Shown: positions 40,228 to 49,856 of the stretch, piece by piece
How the letters are laid out: each line of letters begins with the position of its first letter
Position numbering within the stretch: the first letter of the stretch is position 1
NCBI GenBank assembly: GCA_963664195.1
Contig: OY760907.1
Coordinates: 2,272,001-2,336,000, forward strand
Source: an uncultured candidate division Zixibacteria bacterium
GTDB lineage: Bacteria > Zixibacteria > MSB-5A5 > GN15 > FEB-12
Length of the DNA: 64,000 nt
Direction of reading: 5' to 3'
Position numbers and translations under genes: made by a program
Notes under the pieces: generated by a model
Told to the model about the DNA's origin: nothing
Seen by the model: the letters and a program-made list of their open reading frames with translations, nothing else
The model's database searches: none

Positions 40228-42436
40228 GCGGATCTTTCCTTTCGATGTCTCCGTACTACTGGACAGGGGGTACCGCGCTTCAAACTCCGTATCAGCTTCG
40301 CGTTTCGATGCACCAATCCAGGATCTGCCGTTTGCCATTCAGGCTTTCACGGAGTCCTTCATTAGTGACCAGAAGCCGGTGAATATCTTCGATGTTGCGC
40401 GTTACTCACCCGGCGTCACATACCGCAGCAATGACTTCAATGAAGGTAACGCCAACCTGACCATTCGTGGTTTTGCTATCAGTTCCACGGTGGGCAATAT
40501 CCAGATTCTGCGCGATGGCTTTCATGGCCCTTCGATTCTCGACTTCACCAATATTTCCCGAGTCGAGGTCGTTAAGGGCCCGGCTTCGTTTCTTTATGGG
40601 CAAGTTGCTCCCGGCGGCATCGTCAATATCACCACGAAGAGTCCGCAGTCCGAGTTCGCCGCCAGCGTCGATGCCCGATACGGTTCTTACAACGAATACC
40701 GTTTCGATGCCGATGTGACCGGACCGGCGACAAAAACGCTCTTCTACCGACTCGCGGCTTCCTATGAGCAGGACATGCAATACTGGGAACCTTACGACGC
40801 CTATTCCAGGGATATCGCTCCATCCCTGCTTTGGCAACCAACTGAGCGACTAAGTGTTTCTCTTAAGTATGAATACTTCTACAAGATGGAAAAGCCACAG
40901 CTCATGCAAAAGCCCGGTCTCAATCGGCAAACTGGCGTTGTGCCGACAGTATCCGATCCCAATTTATCGGGCGTCGACGTGCCTGGTCTGCCGGACAATT
41001 GGAATGGGTTATCCAATGCCGACTATCGCGAAAGCGAGACTAATGGTCTGAGTGCGTGGATCGATTTCAGAGCTGATGATCACTGGAACCTGCGTACCAG
41101 TTACTCGCACCAGGATTACACGATCGACGCACTTTTCTCCGGCAATTTTGGTATGGCCAACAATACAACATCTCTGCAAGGCCGTCGTTTCAGAGGACAA
41201 ACTTACACCAATACTGGTGATATCTTCCAGGCCGAAGCGCTAGGCAAGTACGGGCTTGGCAGTACCAGCCTGCGCTTGCTGCTCGGTGGGCAATATATCG
41301 ACCGAAGTTTTGACAATTGGGCTGCCCAGGCGCCCAACGATCCGGCGCTCGGCGCCGATCCCACCGCATCGCCGCTGCCGCTCTGGGATCTGCGCGATCC
41401 ATCTACCTGGAACCGTGATGTACCGATTCCGCGCTCTGCGCTTTCCGAGAATCGGGTAGATCGTACGATCAACTATGTGGACGAGTCCTTTTATGGTGGC
41501 GCAACATTTGGCTTCTTCGAAGATCGCCTGCTACTGCTCTCAGGCTTACGCCGAACTGCTACGGAAAGCCAGCTCACCAATCACCTGACCAACACATCCC
41601 TGGATCGAATTACCGCGAGTGCGATCACGCCCCAATACGGCGTACTCTACAAGTTCACACCCGACCTTTCAGTGTTTGCCTCCTACGCTGAATCGTTCGT
41701 CCCCGGCTCACAGATTCTTGATCTGCCAGACGGAACGACCAAGCCCGCCGATCCTACTGAAGGCAGTGGCTATGACCTTGGTGTCAAGGCGCGTCTGTTC
41801 GATGGCCGCCTCTCGGGCACGCTCACCTTTTTTGATGTTCGCAACAAGAACATTGTGAACGACCTCGCTCATACAGATTCCACAGGCTCAGTAGTTATTT
41901 ACAGTGTGCAAAGTGGAGAACAGCGCTCCGGCGGCATCGAACTGGATGCAACGGCTGCAATGACAGACAATTGGCAGATCTATTTCTCTTATAGTTACAT
42001 GGATGCGCGGATCACGGAGTTCAGTGGCAACGACGATGCGATCCTCTCTTTGGATTGGACCAAGCTTGATACTGCCGGACAGACCAATTACAAGAATGTG
42101 AGGCTGTTTCACGGCGCACCCCTGCAGATGAGCGCGCCGCACATTGCCAATCTCTGGACACGCTACGATGTTGCATCCGGCAGTCTCTCAGGCGTCTATG
42201 TCGCTGGTGGCTTCAATTTCATATACGACCAGACGATCCTGCCTGACGGTCCCGAGTCCTCCCACCAGACATACACTCTTCTCAACGCGACAGCCGGTTA
42301 CTCGTGGGCTTGGCTCGGCCAATGGATAACGGTAGACATTATTGGAAAGAACCTTATCAACGAACACTACCGGCCATCGCAAAGCTCCCGGAGTCGACCT
42401 CGCGAGTTCTTTGTCAATATGTCAACGAAGTTCTGA
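40055..42436 (+). CDS. TonB-dependent outer-membrane receptor (siderophore-receptor-like)
   Basis: Signal peptide; plug motifs IRGF, LRDG, RVEVVKGPASFLYG..APGG.VN..TK; amphipathic barrel strands; KNL.N..Y; C-terminal Phe. Confidence 0.92.
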   Translation: MRNESHVSKSGGKEETSGNWLFFRATALVIAFLLAFPVYLLAQEKTLEEMTIEELMNVRIFPFDVSVLLDRGYRASNSVSASRFDAPIQDLPFAIQAFTESFISDQKPVNIFDVARYSPGVTYRSNDFNEGNANLTIRGFAISSTVGNIQILRDGFHGPSILDFTNISRVEVVKGPASFLYGQVAPGGIVNITTKSPQSEFAASVDARYGSYNEYRFDADVTGPATKTLFYRLAASYEQDMQYWEPYDAYSRDIAPSLLWQPTERLSVSLKYEYFYKMEKPQLMQKPGLNRQTGVVPTVSDPNLSGVDVPGLPDNWNGLSNADYRESETNGLSAWIDFRADDHWNLRTSYSHQDYTIDALFSGNFGMANNTTSLQGRRFRGQTYTNTGDIFQAEALGKYGLGSTSLRLLLGGQYIDRSFDNWAAQAPNDPALGADPTASPLPLWDLRDPSTWNRDVPIPRSALSENRVDRTINYVDESFYGGATFGFFEDRLLLLSGLRRTATESQLTNHLTNTSLDRITASAITPQYGVLYKFTPDLSVFASYAESFVPGSQILDLPDGTTKPADPTEGSGYDLGVKARLFDGRLSGTLTFFDVRNKNIVNDLAHTDSTGSVVIYSVQSGEQRSGGIELDATAAMTDNWQIYFSYSYMDARITEFSGNDDAILSLDWTKLDTAGQTNYKNVRLFHGAPLQMSAPHIANLWTRYDVASGSLSGVYVAGGFNFIYDQTILPDGPESSHQTYTLLNATAGYSWAWLGQWITVDIIGKNLINEHYRPSQSSRSRPREFFVNMSTKF

Positions 42437-42533
42437 TTTTGGAGGTCAATTCTGTGCCATGCATCCATTATGCACGAAGTCCGCAACGCAGGATGCACAG
42501 GACGTGTATCGGCGGCATTACTTCAAATTCGTG

Positions 42534-42759
42534 GAAGGATGTCAACGTCAGAACACGTATTCTAGTAGCAACCAAGGGGGTGCGCTGTGAGAAACGAATC
42601 ACATGTCCCAAAGAGTAGAAGCAAGGAGGAGACACCCAGCAATTGGCTGTTCTTTGGAGCTAACCTCTTTGTGATAGCTTTTCTGTTGGGGTCTCCGGTT
42701 GATCTCTTGGCCCAGAAGACGACGTTGCAGGAAATGACCATTGAGGAATCGATGAATGT
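42534..42759 (+). repeat. Duplicated 5' region of TonB-dependent receptor genes, copy 2
   Basis: Colinear with 40003-40227; homology stops after the MNV codons. Confidence 0.9.
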
Positions 42760-43657
42760 CCAGGTTATTACCGCTTCCAAGCGGATGCAACAACTGGCAA
42801 AGGCTCCAGCCACAACATACGTTGTCACGGAAGATGACATTAGACAATACGGGTACTGCGATCTGAAGGATGTTCTGCAACATCTTCCGGGAACTGAGTA
42901 CGGTTTTCCGCAAATTCATATTCAGGGGTGGCAGCGAGGTTTTTCGGGAAACTGGTCAATGACGAAAATACTGATCAATGGTCGTCAAGTTAACAGTCTG
43001 TTTTCGGGTGAAGCGTTTATTTCTTCTCAATACACCTTGAGCCACATGAAGCAAATTGAAGTACTTCAGGGGCTGGCTTCGGCCTCGTATGGGGCCGGCG
43101 CCTTTATTGGCGTGATCGATATTATCACGAAGAATAGTGAAAACACGGAAGAGCAGCCTGATTTCTCTTTTGCTTTGGGGAGCGTGGACGGCGTGCCAGC
43201 GAACATCGGCAAGAAGAATACAGAGGGACTGAAGAGCCTTGTAAAATGGCGGCTCCATAGGTTTCGAATGGACTTCTGGTACAGTTGCGAACGCGCCCCG
43301 GATGATCCCGACTTCTTGAACGCGGCGAAGAACAAGTTGGGAGTCGGAGTGATTTGTGATCCTGCGAGGAACATATCCCTGAGCTTGCAGGGCAGGCACA
43401 CGGGAAAAATCAAGACCAACGCATGGGACGAGGTCGGGAATGACACGGTGATTACTATTCCTGAGTACAACTCCGTCAATCTGACGCTGCTGGCGCATCA
43501 ATTGGGTTTTGTCGCGCTGCCGGACATCGACTTGTCCCTGTCTATCAGAAATGTCTTTGACAGGAGTAATCTATCCCCCAATATGAGAGGGCCAAGCCCC
43601 AACTGTTTCCTGGCGGAGGGGAGACCTCTGTTTATCCCGGGATCGATTCAGTTGTGA
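42587..43657 (+). CDS. Internally deleted TonB-dependent receptor (plug plus last barrel strands); possible pseudogene
   Basis: Plug motifs VITASK....KAPA...VVT.DDI, IEVLQG.AS..YG.GA..GVI.IITK, followed by only about 170 aa ending in SIRNVFD...GR; 356 aa in total. Confidence 0.75.
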   Translation: MRNESHVPKSRSKEETPSNWLFFGANLFVIAFLLGSPVDLLAQKTTLQEMTIEESMNVQVITASKRMQQLAKAPATTYVVTEDDIRQYGYCDLKDVLQHLPGTEYGFPQIHIQGWQRGFSGNWSMTKILINGRQVNSLFSGEAFISSQYTLSHMKQIEVLQGLASASYGAGAFIGVIDIITKNSENTEEQPDFSFALGSVDGVPANIGKKNTEGLKSLVKWRLHRFRMDFWYSCERAPDDPDFLNAAKNKLGVGVICDPARNISLSLQGRHTGKIKTNAWDEVGNDTVITIPEYNSVNLTLLAHQLGFVALPDIDLSLSIRNVFDRSNLSPNMRGPSPNCFLAEGRPLFIPGSIQL

Positions 43658-43736
43658 ACTGCAAGTCGAGATTGATGGTCGTCTGTACGATTCTGAGGTG
43701 CTGTTTTGATCGGTGGGTGGTGAGATGAGAGTTGCA

Positions 43737-44288
43737 ATGACAAAACATGTTGTACTAGCGCTGTTGCTCCTTCTCATGCCGGTCTATCTTTTTCCTCAGA
43801 CCCCGACATTCAGCGAATATGAGGTGAAGGCGTCTTTTCTCGAGAAATTCACTCGCTTCATTGAGTGGCCGGCGGAATCACAGATGGAAGATGTGAGCAA
43901 ACCTTTTGTCCTTGCCGTAATCGGGGAGAATCCCTTTGAGTCTATTCTTGATACGACGTATTCCAAACAGACCATAAAAGGCAAGAGTGTGGACATTCGC
44001 TACATCTCGGACGTGAAGGACATTGACGGTTGTGATCTTATGTTTGTCTCTAAATCAGAGAACGACAGCATAAGCCAAATACTGTCTCGTACCGGAGACA
44101 AACCCATCCTTACGGTTTGCGATGACATTGGGTTCGCGAAGAAGGGGATACTGATAACCCTGTTCATCGAGGACGGTTACGTTCACTTCGCGATCGACGA
44201 GAGCGCCGCGGAACGAACAGGACTGTACATTAGCAGTCTGCTGCTGGACTTGTCCGCAGCCATGGAGGCAGGGGAGAGCAAGGAATGA
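43737..44288 (+). CDS. yfiR: YfiR/DUF4154 family periplasmic protein
   Basis: Signal peptide; EYEVKA.FL..F.RFIEWP, C..MF.S, PILTV.D, F.I...AA.R.GL.ISS.LL.L; ATGA overlap with next gene. ATG 43725 is an alternative start. Confidence 0.9.
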   Translation: MTKHVVLALLLLLMPVYLFPQTPTFSEYEVKASFLEKFTRFIEWPAESQMEDVSKPFVLAVIGENPFESILDTTYSKQTIKGKSVDIRYISDVKDIDGCDLMFVSKSENDSISQILSRTGDKPILTVCDDIGFAKKGILITLFIEDGYVHFAIDESAAERTGLYISSLLLDLSAAMEAGESKE

Positions 44289-47200
44289 AATCGTTTGCCA
44301 GTCTCTCCATCAAGAACAAGCTCACTCTCATTATGTTGACCGCGACTACTATCACCGTAGGATTGGGTCTCGGGCTGGCCATAATCTACGATATACGAGC
44401 AAGTAAGAGAGAGATGGTCAGTAGCACGGCGTTGCAGGCCCAATTGATTGGGCAGTACTGCATCGCGCCTCTGACATTCGGAGATCGACAAGTAGTCATC
44501 GCCACGCTTGAGAAGACTCTAGCCTTACCTGGTATTACCAATGCCTGTGTCTATGATGAAAACGATAGTCTGTTTGCGTCATTTCACACAGCACCGGACA
44601 ATGGAATCCCTGTGTCCATTGTCTCTGAAGAACATTGTGTCTTTGAGAATGGCCATTTGACAGTTCTCTCTCCGATTTCGTTCAAGGGAGTGAAGTACGG
44701 TACTCTACTCCTGAAGGTCTCCACAAGTGCGCTGGATGCGGAAATCCACCAGCACCTGACTGTCGTGATGTCGTTGCTGCTGGGTCTGATGATTCTATCA
44801 TACTTCATCGCCGTCAGATTGCAGGCAGCTATTTCAAAGCCTATTCTGAGTCTGGCGCAAACCACGAACAGAATCACTCAGGCGGCAGACTACTCTCTTC
44901 GCGTGGAGCAGCAGGGTTCTGATGAAATCGGACTGCTATACGGCAGTTTCAACGAGATGCTTGTTCAGTTGAATGCGCGTGAGGCTGAGAGAGACAGAAC
45001 CGACGAACTGCTGCGGGAAAGCGAGAAAGAGTATCGAACGCTTTTTGAAACCATGGTCCAGGGAGTCGTATATCAGAACGCCGAGGGGGCAGTCATCGCT
45101 GCGAATCCCGCCGCCGAAAGGATTCTGGGGTTGACCCTTGAACAGATGTCCGGGAGAACGTCCGCGGACCCGATTTGGGGGGCCCTTCGTGAAGACGGCT
45201 CAGAGTTTCCCGGTGATGAACACCCGGCAGTTGTTGCCCTGAAGACAGGGGAGGAAGTACGAAATGTAACGATGGGCGTCTTCAACCCCGTCAGAGAGGA
45301 GCGCGTATGGATCAGTATCAATGCGATGCCCCAGTTCAGATCCGGCGATTCAAGGCCCTATCAGGTTTACACTACTTTCGAGGACATCAGCGAACGCAAG
45401 CGGGTGGAAGAAACAGTCAAGCGCTTGGGGGAAGATGAAAGGGCCAAAAACGAAGAACTGAGGGCGGCGAACACCGAGCTTAAGAAGGCTCGCATTGCCA
45501 CCTTGAACATCATTGAGGACCTCTCTGAGGAAATCGAGCAGAGAAAACAAGCTCAACGCAGAAGTGCTCAGCTGGCAGCCATCGTTGAGTTCTCTAATGA
45601 TGCGGTAATCGGCCAGACCCTTGACGGGACCGTTACCAGTTGGAACAGGGGGGCGGAGAGAGTGTACGGCTACAGCGAGAGTGAGATGATCGGCAAATCG
45701 ATCGCCGTTCTTGCGCAGCCCGAGCGTGTCAAAGAAATCGGTCGCATATTCGAGGAAGCAAAGCGTGAGGAACACATCGAACCGTTTGAAACGGTGCGTC
45801 AGAGAAAGGACGGACGACTGATTGACGTATTCCTGACCGTTTCTCCGGTGCGGGACTCGGAGGGGACAATCGTCGGTGTTTCGACTATCGGTCGAGATAT
45901 CACGGAGCGCAAACAGATGGAACAAGAGCGCCTGGCGCATGTGCTTCTCTTGGAGTGCATGGACAAGGTCAACCTCGCCGTGCAGAAGGCCAACGATCTG
46001 GAGCAAATGATGAGCGACGTTCTCGATGTTGTGCTTTCGGTCTTTGATTGCGACAGGGCATTCTTGATGTATCCCTGCGACCCCGATGCTCAGGCCTGGC
46101 GGTGTCCCATGGAGCGGAACAGGCCAGAATATCCCGGCGTCCTGGAACTGGGAGAAGAAATGCCGATGGACACCGACGTTGCCGAGACGCTTCGTGTGCT
46201 GCTTGACTCCGGTGGTCCCGTAAGATACGGTCCGGGAACAGAGCACCCGTTGCCGGCAGATGTGTCAGAACGGTTTGGCTTCAAATGTTTTATGTCCGTT
46301 GCCATCCACCCGAAAGTAGGCAGCCCCTGGCAATTCGGAATTCATCAGTGCTCGTACGAGCGAACATGGACAGCGCACGAGGAGAAGCTGCTTCAAGAAA
46401 TTGGCAGAAGGTTGGGTGACTCTCTGACCATGCTGTTGATTCAACGCGAATTGCGACAGAGTGAAGAGCGCTTCCGAAGTTTGGTGACACAGGCGGCTGA
46501 TGCATTCTACCTGCTCGACCACAATGGAAGGATCATTGACGTAAACCAGAGCGCCTGCGCCAGTCTGGGCTACGGCCGAGAGGAACTGCTGGACATGGCC
46601 ATCATGGATATCGACGTGAGGGTGGAGAGAGACCGGCACAAGGAACGCTTTTGGGATACGCTTCGCCCGGGGCAGTCCGCTACATTTGAGGGGCTTCACC
46701 GGCGAAAGGATGGCTCCACGTTTCCGGTGGAAGTGCATCTGGGCGTTCTGGAATTGGACAATAAGAAGTATATGCTGGGTTTGGGGCGAGACATAACAGA
46801 CCGCAAACGCAATGAAGCCATCAATTTGTCACGCCTGCACTTGATGCAATATACTGAAACGCATTCGTTGGATGAGTTGCTTGAAGAAACGTTGAATGAG
46901 GTGGAAACGCTCACCGACAGCCGAATCGGGTTTTATCATTTTGTAGAGGACGACCAGGTGTCCTTGACTCTTCAGAATTGGTCAACCAGGACGAAAACAG
47001 AGTTCTGCAAAGCGGAAGGCAAAGGGCTCCACTACGCCATCAGCGAGGCGGGAGTATGGGTTGATTGCATTCATCAACGGCAGCCTGTAATTCACAACGA
47101 TTATGCCTCGCTTCCCCATCGCAAAGGCATGCCGGATGGCCACGCTGAAGTGACTCGCGAACTGGTTGTACCTGTATTGCGCGGCGAGAAGATAGTGGCC

Positions 47201-49351
47201 ATTCTGGGGATTGGAAATAAACCCGTGGATTACACTGAGAAGGATGTTGAAACCGTTTCCCTGATTGCGGATCTGGCATGGGAGATAGCCGAACGAAAGA
47301 AGGCGGAGGAAGCGTTGCGCCGTCTGAATCGTGAGCTGCGTGCCATCAGCAACTGCAACCAGTCGCTAGTACGTGCGGAAGATGAGCAGACATTGTTGAA
47401 GGATATCTGTCACATCATTTGTAACGAAGCCGGTTATCGCATGGCCTGGGTGGGGTGTGTCGAAAACGATGATGCAAAGACGATCCGTCCCGTGGCGTGG
47501 AGTGGGACGGACGGCGGCCATATTGCAAATGCAGAACTGAGCTGGGATGAAGAGAGCGAACGAGGGCATGGGCCAGCTGGGACTGTCGTCAGAAGTGGCG
47601 AATTAATGTATGTTCAGGATTTTGCCGCGGACTCACTTATGGAGCCCTGGCGCGAAAGCGCATTGCGGCGCGGATATCACTCGGGTATTGCATTACCCCT
47701 GAAGGACGAGGAAGGGGCAGTATTTGGCGTCCTCTTGGTCTATTCTTCTGAAGCAAACGCTATTACCCCAGATGAAGTCAAACTGATGGAGGAACTCGCT
47801 GGGGATATGGCTTTTGGTATCACGGTCCTGCGTACCCGCGCCGAGCGATTGCACGCGGAAGAAGAGCTGAGAGCGCACCGTGATCGGCTCGAAGAAACGG
47901 TAAAAGAGCGAACGTTCGAGTTGTCAGTCGCCAAGGAGCGGGCCGAGTCCGCTACCCGGGCCAAGAGTGTCTTCCTGGCGAACATGAGCCACGAGCTTCG
48001 GACGCCAATGAATGCAATTCTGGGATACTCGGCGTTGATGGAGCGAGATGCTTCCCTTGGTGATGAACCGAAGGAGTACCTGAGGATTATCAATCGTAGC
48101 GGCGAAGATCTTCTCGCGTTGATCAATGAGGTTCTGGAGTTGTCAAAGATCGAAGAGGGAAAGGTGACGCTGGTCACGAATACTTTCGACCTCCGGGCCA
48201 TGTTTCGCGACGTGGTCAGTATGTTTGAATCCAGTGTGGATCGGAGGGGAATACAGATTGACTCTGTCGGAGTGGACAGTGTGCCGCAGTATGTCATATC
48301 GGATGGACACAAGCTACGTCGTGTGCTTACCAATATTCTGGGCAATGCCGTCAAATTCACTGAGCGGGGCAGCATAACTTTGCGAACGATGACTGAAGAA
48401 GGTTCGTCTGGCGAGATGCGCCTGAAAGTCGAGGTGGAGGACACTGGTGTTGGCATCGCGGAGAATGAACTGGAGAAAGTGTTCGATTACTTTGAACAGA
48501 CCTCGAGTGGCTTGGAACGAAACGGCGGAACGGGATTGGGGTTGGCGATCAGTCGGGACTGCATCCGCGCCATGGGTGGAGATATCAGCGTTACCAGCAG
48601 GGTAGGTCAAGGCAGCGTCTTCCGTTTTGATATTCCCATCGAGGCAGGGCGTGAATCGGATTTCCAAGCGGTTTCGCCGCGGAGACGTGTTGTCGGTCTG
48701 AAACCGAATCAGGATGTCCCCCGCGTTTTGGTAGCAGAGGACGAAGACGCCAGTCGTGATCTATTGGTGGGACTTCTGCAGAGAGTCGGGTTCAAGGTTC
48801 GCGGCGCTGCAAACGGTCAGGAGGCGCTGGGTCAGTATCGTGACTGGCAGCCGCAGTTCATCTGGATGGATATCCGCATGCCGGTCATGGATGGCCTTGA
48901 AGCTACCCGGCTGATCAAGGAGACTGCTGGTGGCGGTTCGACGACCATCGCGGCTCTAACCGCCCATGCGCTGGAAGAAGAGAGGGAAGAGATACTCAAC
49001 GCGGGTTGTGATGATTTCGTTCGCAAGCCGTACAGTGAACAGGAGGTGTTTGAAGTCATGGCTAAGCACCTGGGCGTGAAGTATGTGTATCAGGAGGGGG
49101 CGGGCAGGTCGGGCGTGGGACGGCCGAGGGTGGTGGTGTCGCCAGAGAGATTAGCGGCCCTGCCAACCGATTTGCGTCAGGACCTTCGTCAGGCGGCGCT
49201 TGAGCTTGATACCACCAAGATCAAGCAAGTGATTGCAAGGATCAGTCAACTTGACTCGGAAGTGGGCGACGCCCTGGGCGCCTTGTCGGAAGGGTTTGAA
49301 TTCGAGAGTATCTTGCAGCAGCTTGAAGATGAACAGATGGGCGAGGAGTAG
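44285..49351 (+). CDS. Membrane hybrid histidine kinase: TM-periplasmic (CHASE8/YfiN-like)-TM-HAMP-PAS-PAS-GAF-PAS-GAF-GAF-HisKA-HATPase-REC
   Basis: Two TM helices, HAMP (SKPI..L...DEIG.L...FN.ML), FLANMSHELRTPMNAI, NAVKFT, DTGVGI, GGTGLGL, WMDIRMP. Confidence 0.92.
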   Translation: MKSFASLSIKNKLTLIMLTATTITVGLGLGLAIIYDIRASKREMVSSTALQAQLIGQYCIAPLTFGDRQVVIATLEKTLALPGITNACVYDENDSLFASFHTAPDNGIPVSIVSEEHCVFENGHLTVLSPISFKGVKYGTLLLKVSTSALDAEIHQHLTVVMSLLLGLMILSYFIAVRLQAAISKPILSLAQTTNRITQAADYSLRVEQQGSDEIGLLYGSFNEMLVQLNAREAERDRTDELLRESEKEYRTLFETMVQGVVYQNAEGAVIAANPAAERILGLTLEQMSGRTSADPIWGALREDGSEFPGDEHPAVVALKTGEEVRNVTMGVFNPVREERVWISINAMPQFRSGDSRPYQVYTTFEDISERKRVEETVKRLGEDERAKNEELRAANTELKKARIATLNIIEDLSEEIEQRKQAQRRSAQLAAIVEFSNDAVIGQTLDGTVTSWNRGAERVYGYSESEMIGKSIAVLAQPERVKEIGRIFEEAKREEHIEPFETVRQRKDGRLIDVFLTVSPVRDSEGTIVGVSTIGRDITERKQMEQERLAHVLLLECMDKVNLAVQKANDLEQMMSDVLDVVLSVFDCDRAFLMYPCDPDAQAWRCPMERNRPEYPGVLELGEEMPMDTDVAETLRVLLDSGGPVRYGPGTEHPLPADVSERFGFKCFMSVAIHPKVGSPWQFGIHQCSYERTWTAHEEKLLQEIGRRLGDSLTMLLIQRELRQSEERFRSLVTQAADAFYLLDHNGRIIDVNQSACASLGYGREELLDMAIMDIDVRVERDRHKERFWDTLRPGQSATFEGLHRRKDGSTFPVEVHLGVLELDNKKYMLGLGRDITDRKRNEAINLSRLHLMQYTETHSLDELLEETLNEVETLTDSRIGFYHFVEDDQVSLTLQNWSTRTKTEFCKAEGKGLHYAISEAGVWVDCIHQRQPVIHNDYASLPHRKGMPDGHAEVTRELVVPVLRGEKIVAILGIGNKPVDYTEKDVETVSLIADLAWEIAERKKAEEALRRLNRELRAISNCNQSLVRAEDEQTLLKDICHIICNEAGYRMAWVGCVENDDAKTIRPVAWSGTDGGHIANAELSWDEESERGHGPAGTVVRSGELMYVQDFAADSLMEPWRESALRRGYHSGIALPLKDEEGAVFGVLLVYSSEANAITPDEVKLMEELAGDMAFGITVLRTRAERLHAEEELRAHRDRLEETVKERTFELSVAKERAESATRAKSVFLANMSHELRTPMNAILGYSALMERDASLGDEPKEYLRIINRSGEDLLALINEVLELSKIEEGKVTLVTNTFDLRAMFRDVVSMFESSVDRRGIQIDSVGVDSVPQYVISDGHKLRRVLTNILGNAVKFTERGSITLRTMTEEGSSGEMRLKVEVEDTGVGIAENELEKVFDYFEQTSSGLERNGGTGLGLAISRDCIRAMGGDISVTSRVGQGSVFRFDIPIEAGRESDFQAVSPRRRVVGLKPNQDVPRVLVAEDEDASRDLLVGLLQRVGFKVRGAANGQEALGQYRDWQPQFIWMDIRMPVMDGLEATRLIKETAGGGSTTIAALTAHALEEEREEILNAGCDDFVRKPYSEQEVFEVMAKHLGVKYVYQEGAGRSGVGRPRVVVSPERLAALPTDLRQDLRQAALELDTTKIKQVIARISQLDSEVGDALGALSEGFEFESILQQLEDEQMGEE

Positions 49352-49856
49352 TCCTATGGGTGATCGGAAACGGCTTCTGACGCGCCAGCCGGAGATTCTA
49401 GCGGTCGACGATACGCCGGAGAGCCTTCGGCTGTTGACGAGGATTCTCTCTGAGTGCGGATACCGGGTGCGCCCGGCGAGCAGCGGTCGCCTCGCTCTGA
49501 GATCGGTCGAGGCCAAGCCGCCAGACCTGATCATGCTTGATGTTAAGTTGCCGGACATGGACGGCTTTGAGGTCTGCCGTTGTCTGAAGTCTTCGACCGT
49601 CAGTCGTCCCATACCGGTGATCTTTATCAGCGCTCTTGGTGAGACAGCGAACAAGGTGAAGGGTTTCGCCGTGGGTGCGGTTGACTACGTCACCAAGCCC
49701 TTTGAAGCCGAAGAAGTCGTGGCGCGGGTGCGGACGCAGCTGCGCTTGCGGGAGTTGACCGAACATCTGGAACAGAAGGTCGAGGAGCGCACAGCAGAGC
49801 TCACTTCCGCCAACAAACACCTCGAAGAGGAAATGGCGGAACGGCTTCGCGCTGAA
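49199..49856 (+). repeat. 658-bp duplication copy 1 (kinase 3' tail plus REC domain of next gene)
   Basis: Same length as and colinear with 51637-52294. Confidence 0.9.
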
